Below the pieces are notes generated by a model. That model had not been told where the DNA came from. It made no database searches and saw nothing but the letters and a program-made list of their open reading frames with translations. DNA of 63,620 nt, filler included, from Atractiella rhizophila (lineage: Eukaryota): NCBI GenBank assembly GCA_021432655.1. It is 5 parts of 5 records of this genome, joined end to end, with 100 filler letters (N's around TTAATTAATTAA, not from the genome) between each part and the next. Parts side by side here need not be neighbours in the genome. Positions count along the whole stretch, not along the records: positions 30,702 to 45,906 come from MU271940.1; positions 46,007 to 61,148 come from MU271941.1; 3 more parts are not named here. One strand, written 5' to 3'. The stretch's first letter is position 1. Each line of letters starts with the position of its first letter. Of the stretch, positions 36,894 through 49,937 are shown piece by piece. The position numbers and the translations under genes were made by a program.

Positions 36894-37685
36894 TCTCGCG
36901 CGTCAAAGGAAACAGAGCTAAAGCAGGGATGTCTCAAAGGAGGCATTGCTGTTTTATTGGCCATTTCGGTGGAGGATGGAGGACTTCCCCACGATCATCA
37001 AATGCCGGTGCCATATGTACTGTACGCTAGAGCTGGGTGCGTGACGTTTGCTCTTCCTCCTCTAATCGTTCGGCAAAGCAAGAATCCCCCACTGAGCACA
37101 GACGTGACAGGTTATCGCGGTTCCTCGACACGGCCGATTTCAAAATCTCGCCTGCTTCTTTCCACAGGTTTTTCGCGATGCAGTTGATACGGCCCATACC
37201 GTCCCCGTTCTGGTGGGATTCAAGCTAAGGAAGCAAGCTTCATCGAACACGATGACGCCGGAGATTGAAATTGGATATTTATGAAACTCACTTTGTTCAC
37301 CCCTGCATTGTACATTCAGGCTAAGCCCAATCATTGACAGCAGCATCCATGACGATGACGATGAAAGCAGCATCCACAGGCAGGTTCTTCAGAGTTTGTT
37401 TACGTTTCAGAGCAAAATGACAGGCAGAAATAGTTGAGATGCCGCTCATCAAGCTGCATCAACCCGCATTACGTGCTGAGTCCCCATGTTTTGAGTTTTG
37501 ACATGCAGGCAAGCTTAATTCCGCACGATGGAGAGTACTGAAGTGAGAGCTACCTAAAGGAGTATTAGAGCGAGCAATGTTCAAATGTCAAATGTGTCAA
37601 ATGTTTGCAAGGAGCAGAGATGACCGAACTGTGACAAGGTCACGCCTTTGCAACTTGAAAGGTGCTGAACATGAACGGTTGCAGT

Positions 37686-38860
37686 CTAGAAAGAAGCTCG
37701 CCATGTTATTAGACCAAAACTTGAACCCATGACATGTATACAACTTGAATAGGGGTCGTCCCAGTCGTCGACGTGACAGGTACCACGAGTTCCGAGAAGA
37801 TGATACGCAAGAGATATTGAGAGCTGACGGAGTAGAGGAACCTGACCGTCTTCAATCGTCTGCCAGATAGTTAGCAATGCTGCGTCTTGTGGGTCAAGGA
37901 GCCCCCCTTACTAAACACAGATGTCGTATCGTGCGAGGTAGAGCCGCATAGAAATGTTTATCCGGAAAGGCAGACGCGACATCCAAACGCTTGAGTTGAC
38001 CAAAACGTGAAATACGAGAGGTAAGATGATCATTGAAGAGTTGTGACCATGCGTCAATATGTCGTGAGGCACGAGCGCCGCCGACAATGAATAAATGCTC
38101 CAAGGTGACTGGAATAGTATCCAATATCGCGAGGTCTGACTTTTGAGGTGAGGGACCCGTTCTGATACCATCAAAGTTCAAGTCGACGTGTTGCAGAGAA
38201 GAAATTGAGAGCAGATTAGCCAGCAGGTTCTCCGAGGCCCAAGAGTCTAGCGAGTACAAGAGACGAAGCTCTGGCAGATCGTGCGATGAAATCGATGGTG
38301 TTTCAAAATAGACGCAACGAAAGAGGAGCTTTTACAAGTGTCGCAGCTTTCTGAGCTGAGAATGAGCTGAGAAAGGCAAAGATCTCCAGCGAACGTATTG
38401 GTTGTTCCTGACGTGTTCTCAAGGGAGAGCTCTTCAAGGTTCATTAGAGTGCCAACACCGTCCCAAAGATCGGCTTCCTCGCCAAATCCATTATAGTAAT
38501 CGAGCAACCGAAGGATTTTTAAGGCCATGAGGCTTTGTAAAATTGGGATAACACTGGTTTGAATCGTTCCTTCACCAGTATCCTGAGCGACGACAGCAAT
38601 GTGCAGTTCGCGAAGGTAACGTGAGGACTTTGACAACATTGGGGATGACAGTGGCATAGAAAAAAACAGGTCCTTCTAGAAAAATTCGTCGATATAGGAC
38701 AGGTTGTGCCAACTGATTCCAACGTCTGTTTACAAGACAGGTGGGGGACAACGTCGAGCCCCAGAGCAGAGAGTCGGTTTCATCTTCAGCGATGAGCTCA
38801 AATATTCGCGTCAAGAGCTCATCATGACGCTCCGCCCGGACATTCGACACAAATCTGTCA
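37686..38860 (-). CDS. F-box-like protein with leucine-rich repeats (frames interrupted)
   Basis: DELLTRIF...CLVNRRWNQLAQPVLYRRI followed by LRELHI, LKILRL, LEELSL and LQHVDL segments. Confidence 0.6.
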
Positions 38861-40043
38861 TCCCCGGCCGCTGAAAATGTTGGAAATGGTTGACGAATGG
38901 GATAATCACAATCTGAGCGGTCTCATCGTGCACACCCATCCGTTGGCAATTGGCTTCAAGGAAAATCGTAACAAAGAAGGGAATGACTTTATTGACATAT
39001 GGCAAGCTGAGGGAGCAGAAGTACTCCAACAGTATCAGCTTCTTGAAAAGGACAAAGCTGTCAATTGATCTAGCTTGCTTTGTAATAGCAGAGAAAGCTT
39101 CCCGCTAATGCCATACGTTATTGATTCTGGAAATCATATAAGCGCGATGTAATAAATTTATTTTGATCTGATTTACCAAGTGCAAATTTGATGTGAACCA
39201 ACCAGCGTCCTAATGTACAGCTTTCGTTTTACCATCTTTTCAAAGCTTTGTGACATTCTGAGAAATGGGGAACATAATATCCAAATCAATATCCGAGCAA
39301 GGCTTTGTGTTCCCTGTGACATCCTCAAGTGGGGCCTTGGATCGGGGGAACTTCCGATGCTACAAATCGTTGTATGTTGAAAAAGGTAGCATTCCTCAAC
39401 GTAACCGAGTATGAGCTCATACCTTCAAATCGCTTATCATTCCCTGTATGACACTGTCATGTCTCTTCTACATTTCCCTTCCCGATTCAATCTCAGCCTA
39501 ATTCACCTTGAAACCGCTAGCTATTGTCATGATTCAGTTCGACACGGCACTTTTTTCTGGAGAGAGAAGTTGGTAGAAGTGAATGCAGCTGCGCGAGCCT
39601 TCGCCATAAACATCATTCACGTCTTGGCTTTAGCTGCCCAAACCAAAATGTCTCAAAGTCTAACATCTCCTTCCTTTGACCAATGACCGTGCTTTGACTC
39701 AATTGGACCTAGAACGCGGCCGCAGTGCTGAAGGATTGGCGTTTTGTCCACCAGCATTTGTGAAATTCTATAGCACAATTCCTCTGCAAACGCGTTCTCA
39801 CAGAACAGACTCTAGTGGATTGGCGAGACTGTTTCAGACAAGGCGTATTGACTGATATGCGTGTGGTAAAAGAGAGGGTGTTGTCCGAACACTTTCAGTG
39901 CGTCTTGTGTAGCGCTTTGCAGCTTGCTCAGCCTTTTTGTAATTCCTTGACTCATATTCCATGGGCGTCTCCTTCTGCGGGAGGATATAAAGGTTACGTA
40001 GGTCTAGTTTCAAGTCCTGCGCTGGCCACATTGCACGAATGCC

Positions 40044-42792
40044 ATGACTTCTGCGTCTCTCGCTCTACATTCAACAGAAGGGAAAGGAACCAAAAGCAGG
40101 AGGATGAAATGCAGCCCGCGACGACTAATACAGAACATTCTGGTCTCTCAGCTTCTCCTAATCGGGGTATATTCTCAGCAACCTGAGCACGTCATTTCAT
40201 GTTGATTATCTGTGACAGCCTGCACAAGGACGCTCTGTCGCTCAGTCTCATGGATTGCACGGAGGCATTGCTTGGTCGGCTTGTCCTGACGCTACGACGC
40301 TGGATTGCGCGTACATCACCGCCCCTATGAATGTGCATGCCATTTTTGTTTTCATTTGAACCAGACTGATGGATGGGGACGAGGGCAGCATCTCAATCCC
40401 CAACCGAACCTCACCGTTTCCATCGCCCTCCGCAGGTTACCAGCGACGGTTGGACCAAGGGAGAGGTTGGGAACTCTCTTTATCAACCCCGGTGCGCACA
40501 GTACCGCCACCGAGTCCCTGAATTCGAAGAGTTCTACTTATTGCAGGGACTAGGAGGGCCAGGAGGCAGCGGGACCCTAACCGTCACGTTAATAGGACAG
40601 TTACTTAGCCAGGTCGTCCAAGGTAAGCTCTCATTTCCAAATCTTTTAAGCTTCTAGTTCGTTTCTAGGTGTTGAATAATGGGACATAGGCAAATACGAT
40701 ATTCTTGGTTTTGATCCTCGTGGCGTGAACTTGACTAGTCCTGGACTGGACTGTTATGCAGATGAAGCATACGCAAGGCTGCATGATTACAACGCAAAGT
40801 ACCTTGGATTCCCTTACGAAGTATGCATCCCTTCTCTCTCAATTCAACAGAAAAGAGGCGTAACATTACATTTCTCGATTTCTTCAGGCTCGTCTCTTTC
40901 CTGGTGCATCCCCATACCTCCACGATTCTTCCTATGCTTTGACGGAAGAGGAGCACGCGGCAGCAGATAGCTCAGAGTTGGCATGGATTACGAAACACAT
41001 GGCTCATCGGCAAGCGCAAGTCGAGGTTTGCATGAAGCACGGAAACGAGAACATGTTGAAGAGCACCTCGACGTCCTTTGTAGCTCGAGACATGAAATGG
41101 ATCCTCGAGGCTCTGGGAGAAGAGGATGGTGGATTGAATTACTGGGGTGCTTGTTCTCTCTTGCTTTAAGCCGAAGAATCTGATTAGAGGGACGGCGTGC
41201 AGGCTTCTCCTACGGTTTCCTTCCCTATTCTCACAGCACCGAATAATGCTAAGTCGAATCCCAAAGGTACCATTCTGGGAGCAACATTTGCAGCAATGTT
41301 CCCAGAAAGCGTTGGGCGTGTTGTATTGGATGGAGTCGCAGATAGCGTAACATACACGCGCAACAACCTAGACTGGGGTATTTCAGGTATGAACCCATTT
41401 ATATGCTCCCGTTTGTAACCTGAAGCCATGGCTGTTCCAAGGTATGGATGACAACGAAGACGTCCGTCGAGCTTTCTATCCTGCTTTCTTACACGCTGAA
41501 GAAGCACACTTCCCAGACCTATTACAGCTTTCTTTCGTCATGTATCGAAGCAGGAGCCAGTAGATGTGCTCTTGTTAAGGATAACAGTACAAAGTCGTCG
41601 ATTCACGAACGTATAGCCGCCGTTTCTGCTTCATTACTGGAATCACCGTTGCCTGTCGCATCAATGGATAGAGTGGACATTTTAACGGCATCGCAGCTAC
41701 ACAAGGCTATCTTCTTGTCTCTATACAACCCCGACACATGGCAGCAACTTGCGCAAGCATTGAGTGAAGCTGAGAATGGAGAAGGATACATGATTTGGAG
41801 AATGAATCAGCCGGGCAGCAAGGACACTTTTATGCACAAAGTAAGTGTCCTGCTCGGAACCACAATAAAAGTAAATATACTCAATAGAAATGGGACGACA
41901 ACATCTTGCGCAGACCCATGAACGTAGAGGCTGCCGTACAAAGCAGAGTATATTATTTCTTGTTCCATTGTGCTGAAACTGGGACCTCACGGTGACCAAC
42001 AGCACATCATGTGCGCAGACACCAATCCGAAGATATTCAAGAACTTCAAACCCAAAGATTTGCAGGTGTACCTTCGTCGAGTAGGTACCGTTATTTCCAC
42101 TTGTACTCTGATAAATACCATCGAGGCGTAGCTCAACAAACTCTCCACCTTCGTAGGTGAATATTGGGCTTTATGGGTCACTTCTTGCGCAGGTTGGGAC
42201 TTTGAACCTTTTGAGGCTTACCGTGGACCGTGGACAGTGGAGGAAGGAACGCGGAAAACAAGGCTAGTACTCATGTCTAACATAGCCCATGATGTCACCC
42301 TGAAGGCGCTCAAAGCTTCCCTATCCTTTTCATTGGCAACACGTATGATCCTGTTACCCCATTGTCAGGTTGGCTCTCTCTCTTGCTCTGGCTACTGTTA
42401 AAGGTGATACAGCGGCGAAGTCGATGTCCAAAGGATTCGGCAATGATTCTGCTTCTCTTTTGATTCAAAACGGCTATGGTCACTGTTCTGTTGCTCAACC
42501 TTCTATTTGCACAGCGAGAGCTGTGAGGAACTACTTTGTGAACAGCAGTGAGTTATTCATGCCGCGGAATGAGCTTTGTTGATCTATTCCACTACGATAT
42601 ACAGCTGTGCCTGAATATGGCACCGTCTGTGAAGTTGACCCCGGCTTTTTATTTCCCGAAGCGAAACGAGAGGATCAAGCTGACAGCCTGAGTTTTGGTT
42701 CGGGAAAGAAGCTTCAAGGTGATCTGGAGCTCCTCGAAAGTATTAACGGTATCGGGAAGGAGCTTGCAAGGTTGCGACTCACACATATTTAA
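40044..42792 (+). CDS. Alpha/beta hydrolase, TAP-like (peptidase S33) family
   Basis: INPG|GPGGSG, GFDPRGV, GFSYG|T, VLDGV, GNTYDPVTP, QNGYGHCS; start approximate. Confidence 0.88.
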
Positions 42793-42952
42793 TTTTTCTT
42801 ATAACTGAATAATGCGAGGAAGCATTGCCAGGATTGTGTCGCTCGTCGCAAAGTAAACGCAAGGGTTCTTCAGCTTCCGCCTCCATTCTATTTGCGAAAA
42901 TCGAAATGCATTGCCTCAAGAAGCTATAAATATAAATACTACAAAAAACGCT

Positions 42953-44320
42953 CTAGAAAAAGAGCAGGGCTAAAGTGAAAAGCATCGCAGGCAACGTAGT
43001 AAAGACAGAAAAGATAGATGAAGCAGCCGAGTCATCGTTGTTGCTCCTAGCGTTGGACCCGCTTGAAGAGCTCGAGTTACTTCCACCTGCTGTGCTGGTC
43101 TTCGCAAGGCAGGATTCTTGAGCGGCGGTGACTGGGGACGAGATGGAAGCGACTGCTGTAGCGTTGCCGGAAAAGTCGCAGGCATCTGCAGCTCTTTTCT
43201 GCCCTTCATAGTATTGGGTGAAGAGGTAGGAGAGTTTATCTTGAGGTGACAGCCAGGACACTGCCAAACTCTTCTTAGTCGGGGACTGAAGTGATGAGGG
43301 ATGTGAAGCTTACCTTTGCCATATACTCCCGTCGTCGCATTACCTGCGATGTCTGCACAAGTGACACCTTGCTGCTGGCAGACATAGTCGATAAGCTCCC
43401 CGACAATGATCGGGTTAGTTGAAGGTCTGACGACGCAGCTAAAACAATCAAGTCAATAAGGAATAGCCTGCAAATAAAAACCCTGACGAGAAGGTATTCT
43501 CAACCAAGCATGCACTAATAGAGAGGTCGGGGCTCGGAGGAATCTCGTTGGAGGCAATCCAGTTCTCATTCATGGTTGGGCAGGCCTGAAGGGGAAGGTC
43601 GGTCGCGCTTGACTCCGCCACAGATGGTGGATTAGCCACTGTCCCAGTTGCGATCTGAGTTGCGAGCCTGTCAAAATCGTCGGTTGTCGTGATGGCCCCA
43701 TCTGGATTGGTAAGTGCCTTCGTCATACCTACAACACCGTATCAATACGGCCTGCCATACATGGGTGCAGAAATCTTGACCTTCGTCCACATCGTCTGCG
43801 AAGTACTCGAAGGCGACGAAACCTGAGAAAATTTCAGCCATAGGGTTGCTGGTCACGGCCTGGGTTTCTGTCCACAGCCGTGGTGGATCCGTGGCACATC
43901 CAATTTCTGGAAAGCTTTTGTTCAGCAGTCCTTCTCTTGCAAAGCATGCTTAAAACTTGCCTGAAAGGTATGCTGGAACGGGCAGGTTCAGGTGTTCTTC
44001 CCTAAGAAAAGGGGACATCCATCAATATCGGTGAGGGTTGCAGCAAAAACGTACGTGATACTATCATAGCCACTATTGTTGTATGTCTTATCTCCACACC
44101 ACCTATAAGTGTTTAGACCTAATAGATAATGAGGACAATTGGCTCCAAGAGGAGGTCGCTGAACCGACCGTAGATGTCAAGCGACGTCTCTTCGGTATCG
44201 CAAGTCAAGAGAGAAGACAGGCGATCTCTGAATCCATTCGCTCCAGCGTTCTTATCAACTACAAAGCGAACATCAGCTGGCGGAGGCTAGGTGGATTAAA
44301 GACGCACCAGCAGCGTATCC
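42953..44320 (-). CDS. GH72 beta-1,3-glucanosyltransferase (Gas/Gel type) with X8 domain and GPI signal; 5' part missing
   Basis: SEIGC, FSGFVAFEYF, X8 segment QDKLSYLFTQYY...ACDFSGNA, hydrophobic C-terminus. Confidence 0.85.
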
Positions 44321-44321
44321 A

Positions 44322-45904
44322 TCGATGTCCAAAGGATTCGGCAATGATTCTGCTTCTCTTTTGATTCAAAACGGCTATGGTCACTGTTCTGTTGCTCAAC
44401 CTTCTATTTGCACAGCGAGAGCTGTGAGGAACTACTTTGTGAACAGCAGTGAGTTATTCATGCCGCGGAATGAGCTTTGTTGATCTATTCCACTACGATA
44501 TACAGCTGTGCCTGAATATGGCACCGTCTGTGAAGTTGACCCCGGCTTTTTATTTCCCGAAGCGAAACGAGAGGATCAAGCTGACAGCCTGAGTTTTGGT
44601 TCGGGAAAGAAGCTTCAAGGTGATCTGGAGCTCCTCGAAAGTATTAACGGTATCGGGAAGGAGCTTGCAAGGTTGCGACTCACACATATTTAATTTTTCT
44701 TATAACTGAATAATGCGAGGAAGCATTGCCAGGATTGTGTCGCTCGTCGCAAAGTAAACGCAAGGGTTCTTCAGCTTCCGCCTCCATTCTATTTGCGAAA
44801 ATCGAAATGCATTGCCTCAAGAAGCTATAAATATAAATACTACAAAAAACGCTCTAGAAAAAGAGCAGGGCTAAAGTGAAAAGCATCGCAGGCAACGTAG
44901 TAAAGACAGAAAAGATAGATGAAGCAGCCGAGTCATCGTTGTTGCTCCTAGCGTTGGACCCGCTTGAAGAGCTCGAGTTACTTCCACCTGCTGTGCTGGT
45001 CTTCGCAAGGCAGGATTCTTGAGCGGCGGTGACTGGGGACGAGATGGAAGCGACTGCTGTAGCGTTGCCGGAAAAGTCGCAGGCATCTGCAGCTCTTTTC
45101 TGCCCTTCATAGTATTGGGTGAAGAGGTAGGAGAGTTTATCTTGAGGTGACAGCCAGGACACTGCCAAACTCTTCTTAGTCGGGGACTGAAGTGATGAGG
45201 GATGTGAAGCTTACCTTTGCCATATACTCCCGTCGTCGCATTACCTGCGATGTCTGCACAAGTGACACCTTGCTGCTGGCAGACATAGTCGATAAGCTCC
45301 CCGACAATGATCGGGTTAGTTGAAGGTCTGACGACGCAGCTAAAACAATCAAGTCAATAAGGAATAGCCTGCAAATAAAAACCCTGACGAGAAGGTATTC
45401 TCAACCAAGCATGCACTAATAGAGAGGTCGGGGCTCGGAGGAATCTCGTTGGAGGCAATCCAGTTCTCATTCATGGTTGGGCAGGCCTGAAGGGGAAGGT
45501 CGGTCGCGCTTGACTCCGCCACAGATGGTGGATTAGCCACTGTCCCAGTTGCGATCTGAGTTGCGAGCCTGTCAAAATCGTCGGTTGTCGTGATGGCCCC
45601 ATCTGGATTGGTAAGTGCCTTCGTCATACCTACAACACCGTATCAATACGGCCTGCCATACATGGGTGCAGAAATCTTGACCTTCGTCCACATCGTCTGC
45701 GAAGTACTCGAAGGCGACGAAACCTGAGAAAATTTCAGCCATAGGGTTGCTGGTCACGGCCTGGGTTTCTGTCCACAGCCGTGGTGGATCCGTGGCACAT
45801 CCAATTTCTGGAAAGCTTTTGCTCAGCAGTCCTTCTCTTGCAAAGCATGCTTAAAACTTGCCTGAAAGGTATGCTGGAACGGGCAGGTTCAGGTGTTCTT
45901 CCCT
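44322..45904. repeat. 1.58-kb direct duplicate of 42421-44003 (3' ends of the hydrolase and GH72 genes)
   Basis: Offset 1901 nt; only one substitution seen (TTTTGTTCAG versus TTTTGCTCAG); lies at the scaffold end. Confidence 0.93.
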
Positions 45905-45906
45905 GG

Positions 45907-46006
45907 NNNNNNNNNNNNNNNNNNNNNNNNNNNNNNNNNNNNNNNNNNNNTTAATTAATTAANNNNNNNNNNNNNNNNNNNNNNNNNNNNNNNNNNNNNN
46001 NNNNNN
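45907..46006. other. Artificial scaffold linker
   Basis: N-TTAATTAATTAA-N, 100 nt. Confidence 0.97.
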
Positions 46007-46358
46007 AGATTTGGATGGCACACAACAACAAAACAACGAAAACGAAAGATCGGATGCTCACCCATTCGAGCCTTCCAAATCCGCCTTCCGAATAACTCGT
46101 CCAAACAACTTGATTCCCGTTCCCCGCCGGAACCTCTTAACCTCTTTTCACCTCTGTCAGTTGGCAGAATGACTTGTGGAGATGGAGTTCTATAAGGAGG
46201 AAGAGTGCCGTGAAAGGGGGAAAGATAGCTAGATAATAATGTGGCGAAAGTGGGTTCCGACAAACAAGGAGCTTCCTTTCTTGGATGGAATCTTCACGTG
46301 CACCTGTGACACGAAATCGATACTCAACATTGCGAATGTAAAGTTGTAAACCGACCAC

Positions 46359-47065
46359 ATGCGTCCCCAAGCCGTTCTCACCACTTCCCTAATCGCAGCC
46401 GCCATGTCTGCGCCTTCAGTGCCGCAATACCTAGCGACATTTACGAAGACGATGTCACAGCAATCTAAGGACTCCGTGATCTCAGCCATCGAGGCTTCCG
46501 GAGGGAGGATCGTCACGATATTCGATGGGATAGTGTACAAAGGCGTTTTGTTTGCTCAGAGCGAACAGGGAGTCGGAATTCAAAGCACAGATGCCTGGAA
46601 GTCACACCTTATGAGTGTAGACTCAGGAGTGGTGGATGTCGAGATGGATCAGGTGGTGCGTTTTGTTCTTTCTCTTGCTCCTTTGGCCCTTGCCTTGCGC
46701 TTGGTTATGAGATGTCCCTTCCCTTTCTTTGTCTTTGCCTTCCCTTTCGGCGCCAAATCTCCTTGCCCTTCCCCTTTCTTAACTCATCCTTCGAACATGC
46801 TTTCATGCCCCTCTGACGAGGAATAGACCAGTATCTAGTATGCATTATGTTAGCACCGTCTGGTGGGAACCCAGACTACGCATGCTTTACTGTTGTGCTC
46901 TCTTGGATGCTTGCTTCTGCACTCACATGATTCGACGTTGTTTCCTACATTTCAAAATCCTCCCCCATAACGAAGTACAGTTTGCTCACTATGTGTTGGA
47001 AACAGGTATCGATCCGTGAGCCTTCGACTACTTCCGCCAAGTCGGGTCCTACGCTCTTTTACTGA
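46359..47065 (+). CDS. Small secreted peptidase-inhibitor I9-like protein
   Basis: Signal peptide; YLATF...IEASGGRIVTIFD...KG...VVDVEMDQV pattern of the subtilisin-propeptide/I9 fold; last exon ambiguous. Confidence 0.65.
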
Positions 47066-47547
47066 TCGAGATGAGAGCGCAGAACCAATCAGCAACAATA
47101 ATTAAAGGACTAGAGCTCTGGCCTTCCTTCCTTCATGCTTCTGTTGGTGAAAGTATGACGAAGTCTTCTTGGTCATTGTTGGACGGTAGATATTCATGTT
47201 ACTTTATGTACTATTCAAGTTATCAATGTAATTTCCTTGTTCTGTGAAACCTGCACTCCGGCCCGCCATCCAAATCACAGGCAAGTTGCGACTTGAATCT
47301 CTGCATGGAACCAGATGGGACAGTACGGACTAAATGGAATATCTGCTAAGTCGGCTGCTTAGGCTGTTGGGACATGACGTGCACGCGGGCGAGTGGGGTG
47401 GTGCGGGGTACATTGGCGTCCCTTCGTCCTCAAATAGACCATCAACACCGCCAACACACCGTCGTCTTCTTCAAGCCTTACTGTTGCTTACTGACAGTTG
47501 TGCCCACCCAGACTGACAGTTCTGAAGACTGAAGTGGACCTTGAACG

Positions 47548-49401
47548 ATGCGTTGGACTCCTCTCCTCGTCCTGCCACTCGCGCTGGCTCAAGCTCAAGA
47601 ACTCCCCGCCACCCTCCTCTCCCCACTCATCGCTCAAAAAGTTCTCCAAGTGGCGACAGAGTATGCGCCCAGGGATCACAGCTCGTTTCCAACTGTACTT
47701 CTTTTCATTCTCATCCCATCCTTTGAGCAGCAGGCTGATACAGCAATGGGATGGGATGACAGACTTTCCCACAATACACGTCTCGAGACAATGGCGCCTG
47801 GTTCTACTTCAAACCCGATACTTGGACTTCCTCCTTCTTCCCCTCCCTCCTTCACCTCCTCGACCAGAGGGATACCATCTGTCCGAATGCTACCGGTGCG
47901 CCACAAGGGACAGATTGGAGGGACCTGGAGAACAGTACGTGGATCTGAGTTTCAACGCGGTGTCTGACGCGTGACGGTACAGGATGGAGTACTTTCATGA
48001 TAACTAACACCCAACTGACGACGACACACGATGTGGGCTTCTTGTCCTGGGTTTTTCAAGATCAGTATTCACTTCACAACGACACGGCGAAACAATACGT
48101 GTTGGACATGGCCAATAACCTGGCGGCGAGATTCAACCCGGTGGTAGGGTGTACGAAGAGTTGGGATAAAGGGGCAGGGGATTTTCAGGTCATCATCGAT
48201 AACATGATGAATTTGGAGGTTCGATACCATTCACGAGACGAGGGAGCGACTGACTGATGCGGCGTAGCTCCTTCTTTTAGCTAGTGACATTACTGGAAAC
48301 CAAACTTATTACGATATGGCCATCTCACATGCAAACAAGACGATGGCAAATCACATCCGAGAGGACGGGGTGTGTCTCTTCCTACATCCGTCTCCTTCCT
48401 TTCATAACCTGTCCCCAATGGCCAGAGCACGTTTCATGTTGTGGACTATGATCCCACCAATGGAAAAGTTGTGTGGCGAGGAACGGCACAGGGGTTCAGT
48501 AACGATTCGTGAGTCTTTCTTTTCCATTTCCGCTCCGTAATACGGGATTGCTGATGAATTGGATTGCGAAGGACATGGTCTCGAGGACAAGCATGGGGAA
48601 TCTACGGTTACACTTCCAGTGCGCATCTCCCCACTCTAATCCATGTAATCTCTAACTGGATTTTTAAATGCAGTGTACGACTGGACCTCCTTCTTCCCCT
48701 ACCTAGCCACTGCTCGTTCCCTCGGCCTCTGGTACCTGAGCCACCTCCCCGAAGATGGCGTACCCTACTGGGACTTCAGCCAAACCACAAACAAGGACTC
48801 CTCGAGCGCAACCATCGCGGCATCTGCCTTTTTGCTTCTCTCCAGTATGGAGTTGAGGAACGACCCCCAGAACATTACTGGAGCCAGCTTTTGGAGACAG
48901 GCTGCTGTGGACCTCATCACAGCCACATCTCAGCTCGCCTGGAACGAGGGCTGGAGCTCTTTGTTGGCGAATGGGACGGTAAACAACAGAGGTATGCCAT
49001 TCTTCCCTGCAGATTACGTAGGAATTGATTAGACTTGGCCGCGTTAATGAATAGCCAACCCCCCGAATAACAACACAGGAACGATATATGGCGACTATTA
49101 TTTTATCGAAGCTGGCAACCGGTTCCTCCAGCTAGGAATGCTGAATTGCACCGACGGCTCCATCGCTGATGGAGCGGACGCCAATCGCACTTCTCTCCCC
49201 AGCACGCAGAGCAAGACGAACCCACCACCGGCGAATTCGAGCCTCTTGGAGCCGGGAAATGGCGCACCAGCGACTAATGGTACGAGTGAGCCTAGTGGAA
49301 GCAATGGAGGCGGTGGATCGGATGCGAGCGCTCTGAAGGCCAACCTTGGTTCAATCGCCTTTGTTCTGATGCTGGGCACGGGAGTGCTATTTTGGCCATG
49401 A
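47548..49401 (+). CDS. GH88 unsaturated glucuronyl hydrolase, secreted, with GPI-like tail
   Basis: HDVGF, VIIDNMMNLE, WSRGQAWGIYG, VPYWDF, DSSSATIAAS, YGDYYFIEA. Confidence 0.9.
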
Positions 49402-49937
49402 GGATTTTATCCTTGCCGCTCAAGTGAAGTGAACACTTCACTTGGAAGGGTCAAGAAAAGGAGACGACGGACAGGTTTTGCATGTGTGGATATTTTGAGC
49501 TCTGTTGTTCTTCAATACCCAAATACCAATGGGGTCAAAAAAACAAAATCCAAGCAACCCAAAGCAAGGAAGAACCAATAAAGAAAAAAGAATCCACAAA
49601 ACGGTCCGTAAGAAAAAAAAAAAGGGAGTGGTAATGTGTAACCAGTCTTGCATCACAATTACAGCCAGCCCCCGCTTCAAAGACAACTTTCTCGCCATTT
49701 GTAGTACGTCAGCAGCAGTCAGAAAGCAACTTAGGAAGCTTAGGTAACCATCGATACATTGTGAGCCACAATTTGTCCGGGGCAAGTTGGGGAAGCATTC
49801 TGATTGGCTCCATCTTTATCCGAGATATTTGAAAATGCGTGGCGTGCTCAAGAAGAATTTTTGATCAACAAAAAGCAACCACCTTCTCGTTCCACGTTCC
49901 AGCCCTCCATCAGTTCTCCTCTTCTAGACTTTCAGCC

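Noticed and set aside
42421..45904. Recent GH72/hydrolase gene duplication
   Set aside because: Near-perfect copy at a scaffold end that breaks both genes; most likely an uncollapsed haplotype or misassembly.
23834..49401. Cell-wall or carbohydrate gene cluster (CE4, GH125, GH72, GH88, P450)
   Set aside because: The genes lie on three different unlinked scaffolds.
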